From a bacterium (lineage in GTDB: Bacteria; Zhuqueibacterota; Zhuqueibacteria; Oceanimicrobiales; Oceanimicrobiaceae): 11,353 bases of DNA. Below are positions 7,471-11,353 of the stretch, one piece after another (the stretch's first letter is position 1; every line of letters begins with the position of its first letter). Under the pieces are notes generated by a model. The model did no database searches and was not told the DNA's origin. It was given only the letters and a program-made list of their open reading frames with translations. Made by a program: the position numbers and the translations under genes. The stretch covers positions 1 through 11,353 of the forward strand of contig JBHHXN010000165.1 in the NCBI GenBank assembly GCA_046757025.1. The letters run 5' to 3'.

Positions 7471-8472
7471 ATGAGTCATTTTTTGGTTACGGGAGGCAGC
7501 GGTTTTATAGGTTCACACATTGTCAGATATTTATTGAAACACCAATGCAAAGTTCGGGTTTTGGATAATTTCCTGACTGGCAATCGCAACAACCTAAAAG
7601 AAGTTATGGACCAGATCGAGTTGATTGACGGCGACTTTCGAGATGAAGAAACTTCGATTATCGCGGTCAGCAACATCGATTACATCGTCCATCTGGGCGC
7701 GCTGCCGTCGGTTCCTCGTTCATTAAACAAACCTGTGCTCACCACCGATATAAATGTAAACGGGACGGTCAATTTATTAAATATGGCGCGACTGCACGGC
7801 GTAAAAAGAATCGTGTTTGCTTCGTCATCTTCGGTTTATGGGGATTCACCGGATTTTCCGCGACACGAATCGCAGTCACCGGCGCCGATTTCGCCCTACG
7901 CTGTTTCCAAGCTTTCTGGTGAATATTACTTGAGCAGTTTTTATAAATTGTATGGACTGGAAACCGTGGCCCTGCGTTTTTTTAACGTTTTTGGCCCCAG
8001 GCAAGATCCGAATTCGCAATATGCCGCCGTGATTCCTCGCTTTATCACCGCGGTGCTGCACGACCACCCGCCCATCGTTTTTGGCGACGGTGAGCAGTCC
8101 CGCGATTTTACCTACGTGGATGATCTCGTCAACGCCATATTTAAAGCCTGCTTGGCGGAAAGGGCCCCCGGCATGGTGATGAATGTGGCCTGCGGTCGGC
8201 GCATCTCATTGAATAACTTGATCGATTTATTGCGCGAAATCACCAAGAAAGATATTCACCCGGATTATACCGACCCGAGGCCGGGAGACGTTCGGGATTC
8301 CATTGCGGACATCACGCGCGCCAGAGAGTTACTGGGTTACGAACCGAAAGTGTCTATGGCCGAAGGCCTGGCGAAAACCTATCACTGGTATGAAACCAGT
8401 TGCAAAAGCAACGGCAATGTGCATAATTCAAAAAACCTCAATAAAAGTAAGAAAATAGAAACGATAGTTTAA
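7471..8472 (+). CDS. NAD-dependent nucleotide-sugar epimerase, WbpP/TviC-like UDP-HexNAc(A) 4-epimerase
   Basis: Motifs VTGGSGFIGSH, ALPSVPRS, ASSSSVYG, YAVSK and RFFNVFGPRQDPNSQYAAVIP. GGAGG at 7458-7462 favours ATG 7471 over 7456. Confidence 0.88.
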   Translation: MSHFLVTGGSGFIGSHIVRYLLKHQCKVRVLDNFLTGNRNNLKEVMDQIELIDGDFRDEETSIIAVSNIDYIVHLGALPSVPRSLNKPVLTTDINVNGTVNLLNMARLHGVKRIVFASSSSVYGDSPDFPRHESQSPAPISPYAVSKLSGEYYLSSFYKLYGLETVALRFFNVFGPRQDPNSQYAAVIPRFITAVLHDHPPIVFGDGEQSRDFTYVDDLVNAIFKACLAERAPGMVMNVACGRRISLNNLIDLLREITKKDIHPDYTDPRPGDVRDSIADITRARELLGYEPKVSMAEGLAKTYHWYETSCKSNGNVHNSKNLNKSKKIETIV

Positions 8473-8524
8473 GATCAATTCAATCATGCACAACTGAAAA
8501 TTAGCTTATGGAGATAACTATTAA

Positions 8525-9193
8525 ATGGATCTCACGAATTTAGTAAAAGTCGATCTGACGCCGGCTCAGATTGTCCTGAGCTTTTTACTCGCAATCGCCC
8601 TTGGCTATATCTGGGCAACTGTATATCGAAAAACCCATAGCGGTGTGGCTTATACGCGATCATTTTATCTTACCTTGTTAATGATTCCTGCCATTGTCGC
8701 CATGGTCATGCTGGCCATCGGCAGCAATGTGGCGCTTTCATTGGGCTTGGTGGGTGCGCTTTCCATTATTCGATTTCGAACGGTGATCAAAGATACCAAA
8801 GACATGACCTTCCTGTTTTTAGCCATTGGTATCGGACTATGCTGCGGGGCCAACGCCTGGCTGGTAGGCATGCTGGGAACCTTAATCATTTCATTTGTAA
8901 CATTTGTATTTTCAAAAATTGGCTATGACAAAGCCGGTTCGGCTGATTACATTCTCATTTTTCGATCCGAACACAAAGAGCCCTGGGAGGCCATCAAACC
9001 CGAAGCCCGGTCGCTGATTTCCTGGAAGCAGCTGCGCGGAGCCACCGATGTGGACCACGGCAAAGATTTCGAATACACTTACAGTGTTCGGTTGGCGTCA
9101 AAAGCCACTCCTGAAAAAATCATCGGGGAGCTGAGCAATGGCGTGGTACGCCAGGTTACGCTGATTACGCCGGAGAATCATCTTGAAATCTGA
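8525..9193 (+). CDS. DUF4956 family integral membrane protein
   Basis: Family motif SLGLVGALSIIRFRTVIKD..D..FLF.AI.IGL..G, 4-5 hydrophobic segments and a small soluble C-terminal domain. Confidence 0.88.
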   Translation: MDLTNLVKVDLTPAQIVLSFLLAIALGYIWATVYRKTHSGVAYTRSFYLTLLMIPAIVAMVMLAIGSNVALSLGLVGALSIIRFRTVIKDTKDMTFLFLAIGIGLCCGANAWLVGMLGTLIISFVTFVFSKIGYDKAGSADYILIFRSEHKEPWEAIKPEARSLISWKQLRGATDVDHGKDFEYTYSVRLASKATPEKIIGELSNGVVRQVTLITPENHLEI

Positions 9194-9974
9194 TAAAGAA
9201 CTTTCAACAACGCCGGCGTCCAGCCGGATGATCTTATTTCAGCGTATGGAAATTAAGTACCTGATCGACCGAACCATACGCACGAAACTGGCCAGGGATC
9301 TGTCTGCTTTAATGCGTCCGGATAGTTATACTTGTAAAGAGGGCAGTTATGTGGTGCGGAGTCTTTATTATGATACGCCCGATTTTAGAGCTTATCATGA
9401 TAAAGTAGCGGGCGCCGCCGAGCGCCACAAATTACGCGTGCGCGTTTATGGCCGCGATCCGCGTCAATCACCCATTATTCGCTTTGAGGTGAAATCGCGC
9501 TATGTAAGTTTTATTCACAAGATCACCCTGGATTTTCCCCTTGAAGAGTATGAGGAGATTGAACCGGTCATTTTTGGTCGGGCCATGCCGCCGGATAAGG
9601 TACTGCAAGACCAGTACCTGTCAAAGGAGTTTTTTCGCATTCAGCGGCAGTACAACATGGAACCGAAAATTTTGGTGCAATATCGCCGCGAAGCGTATGA
9701 ACGCATGGAGATTAACCGTGTGCGGGTCAACTTTGATGATGAGCTTGTGGCTTCCAGAAACCTGGAATTGCTGGCTCCGTTAAAAGCGGCTCGCAGTTTG
9801 CTCAAGTATGGCAACTCGATATTCGAAATTAAGGTCGATGGCGGCCTGCCATTCTGGATGCATAACCTGATCAGCAAATATAATCTGCAAAATCGGGCAT
9901 TTAGCAAATACTGTCAATCCGTGCGCAGCGAAGCCAGATTTACGGCTGAAGCGCGCCCGGCCATTTACAATTGA
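9183..9974 (+). CDS. VTC-domain (polyphosphate polymerase-like, CYTH/TTM fold) protein
   Basis: Motifs RMEIKY, YVVRSLYYDTPD, KVAG..ERHKLRVRVY, FEVK, YRREAY, RVNFD, IFEIK and FSKY. RBS GGAG 9172-9175, TTG start, 11-nt overlap with the DUF4956 gene. Confidence 0.9.
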   Translation: MKSDKELSTTPASSRMILFQRMEIKYLIDRTIRTKLARDLSALMRPDSYTCKEGSYVVRSLYYDTPDFRAYHDKVAGAAERHKLRVRVYGRDPRQSPIIRFEVKSRYVSFIHKITLDFPLEEYEEIEPVIFGRAMPPDKVLQDQYLSKEFFRIQRQYNMEPKILVQYRREAYERMEINRVRVNFDDELVASRNLELLAPLKAARSLLKYGNSIFEIKVDGGLPFWMHNLISKYNLQNRAFSKYCQSVRSEARFTAEARPAIYN

Positions 9975-9995
9975 TTTTTGTTGGTAGGTTAGTAA

Positions 9996-11353
9996 TTGAA
10001 ATTTACGAAGAATAAAAACTTCCGTTCCGTGATTAGAACCATCAGCCAGCCACTGCGGCGTATTTGGCCAAGACAGTCCGAGGCTGTTTTGGGCCTGCTG
10101 GCGCTGATGATCATCGTTTTTTGTCTAACCACTTTCAACACTTCCATCGCGCATCGCACCAGTCAGTTCCTGAATCAAAATCGCTACCTGGCGCTGGTGG
10201 ACGGACTTTTCAATCCGTTCAGAAATCGTCATATTCTGCTGAAATCGGGGTTGCCTGTTTATGATCTAAAAATTAAACACCAACAATTTACTCGGCTGGA
10301 GGAAGTAGTCAAAAAAGCCAAAAAACAGGGCTGGATGAGTGACGATTTAAAAACCTGGGTAAATGGACAATTTATCCACGAAGGTCAGGTGTACGATGTC
10401 AAAGTACGAATTCGCGGAGATCTGCCGGCTCACTGGAAAGGGCCTAAAAAATCATGGCGAATCAAATTCGGTAAGCAGATCATCGAAGATCGGGGCGAAA
10501 TTCGCAAGGAGCCCATTTATTTTCAAGGCAAGCGCCAGATCAATCTCATCATTCCCATCGATCGCGAATACATATTAGCTTATTTTATCAATTCGATCTT
10601 GCGCGACAAAAGTCTGGTGGTGCCGAGAGACGACTTTGTGATTCTGCGCATCAACGGCATCATTCAGGGCCTGTACTACGAAGTCGAGCATTTCGATAAC
10701 CCTTTGTTGGCGTACAACAAACGTCCGGAGACCACCATTTTCGGACAGAATGACCGCGCCATGCATTTCGAGCAATATACTAAATACGGTACACCCGCTG
10801 TAGCCGATGCGCGCTATGATATCGGCGCCATGCGGCGTCTTGTGGACGAGGAGGGCGAGCTGGCCATGCAGGCCATGAACGTGCTGATCAACCATTCGGT
10901 GAATCCCACGCCGGAGAATTTTCGGCGCGCCAAAGCGGTGCTGGATTGGGAAAAATTTCAGCAGTTTCGCGTCATCACTACCCTCTGCAACACCAATCAT
11001 GTGCGATTCGGTTCGGATAACCTGCGGCTGTACTATGACTCCAGCCGCGGATTGCTGGAGCCCGTGCCCTGGGATGTACACTTGAAACGCATGCCGAAAG
11101 AACCGGGCACCATCGATTTTTGGAATTTTCACGGGCTGGATGAGCTGCAAAGAGCGACCTTGATAGACCCGCAGCTGCGGCACCAACGCAATAAGATGAT
11201 GTGGGAGCTTATTGGCGACGGCGGCGATAGCCTGATTGCCAAATTCGAAAAAATCCACAATCGAATTCGCCCTCTGGCCTGGGCTGATGTCCTTTACACC
11301 CCCATCCAAGGGCACAAAATGGATGTCATTAAAAATGATTTCGAGTATAACGT
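9996..11353 (+). CDS. CotH-family kinase-like protein with N-terminal membrane anchor (3'-partial; absent from the ORF track)
   Basis: Manual translation gives an open frame from TTG 9996 (after TAA 9993-9995; alternative GTG 10029) to the window end, ~452 codons. It contains a basic N-terminus, TM AVLGLLALMIIVFCL, and motifs LPVYDLKI, VKVRIRGD, KKSWRIKF, LRINGIIQGLYYEVEH, LDWEKF and DNLRLYYD..RGLLEPVPWD. Confidence 0.85.
   Translation, partial: MKFTKNKNFRSVIRTISQPLRRIWPRQSEAVLGLLALMIIVFCLTTFNTSIAHRTSQFLNQNRYLALVDGLFNPFRNRHILLKSGLPVYDLKIKHQQFTRLEEVVKKAKKQGWMSDDLKTWVNGQFIHEGQVYDVKVRIRGDLPAHWKGPKKSWRIKFGKQIIEDRGEIRKEPIYFQGKRQINLIIPIDREYILAYFINSILRDKSLVVPRDDFVILRINGIIQGLYYEVEHFDNPLLAYNKRPETTIFGQNDRAMHFEQYTKYGTPAVADARYDIGAMRRLVDEEGELAMQAMNVLINHSVNPTPENFRRAKAVLDWEKFQQFRVITTLCNTNHVRFGSDNLRLYYDSSRGLLEPVPWDVHLKRMPKEPGTIDFWNFHGLDELQRATLIDPQLRHQRNKMMWELIGDGGDSLIAKFEKIHNRIRPLAWADVLYTPIQGHKMDVIKNDFEYN

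Noticed and set aside
1665..9907. All other short antisense or alternate-frame ORFs in the track
   Set aside because: They lie within or almost wholly overlap well-supported genes and have no independent motifs.
10064..10578. Short + strand ORFs 10064-10264 and 10363-10578
   Set aside because: Out-of-frame overlaps within the long CotH reading frame.
10575..11315. 246-aa minus-strand ORF in the track
   Set aside because: Antisense shadow of the + strand CotH-family frame, which has clear family motifs. The shadow has no recognisable motifs.
1..11353. CRISPR arrays, tRNA/rRNA, IS elements, frameshifted pseudogenes
   Set aside because: No spaced direct repeats, RNA-gene signatures, transposase motifs or broken frames were seen by eye.

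Overview
A single co-oriented (+ strand) bacterial surface-polysaccharide operon of ten genes, the last running off the right edge. It follows a ~690-bp AT-rich control region. Order: short SLBB (Wza-like) export protein; Wzc-type co-polymerase/BY-kinase; membrane-anchored degenerate GGDEF protein that keeps an RxxD site; small monotopic phosphoglycosyl transferase; GT2 glycosyltransferase; DUF3473/PEP-CTERM-type polysaccharide deacetylase; WbpP-like UDP-HexNAc 4-epimerase; DUF4956 membrane protein; VTC (polyphosphate polymerase/TTM) domain protein; and a membrane-anchored CotH-family kinase that is missing from the supplied ORF track (9996..>11353). The upstream region shows a sigma54-like promoter with an enhancer-like palindrome, a near-consensus divergent sigma70 promoter and a REP-like hairpin. 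The most interesting element is the DUF4956-VTC-CotH trio. My hypothesis is that it makes polyphosphate, exports it and uses it for extracytoplasmic phosphorylation linked to EPS. All family assignments come from motif recognition by eye; no database searches were run.
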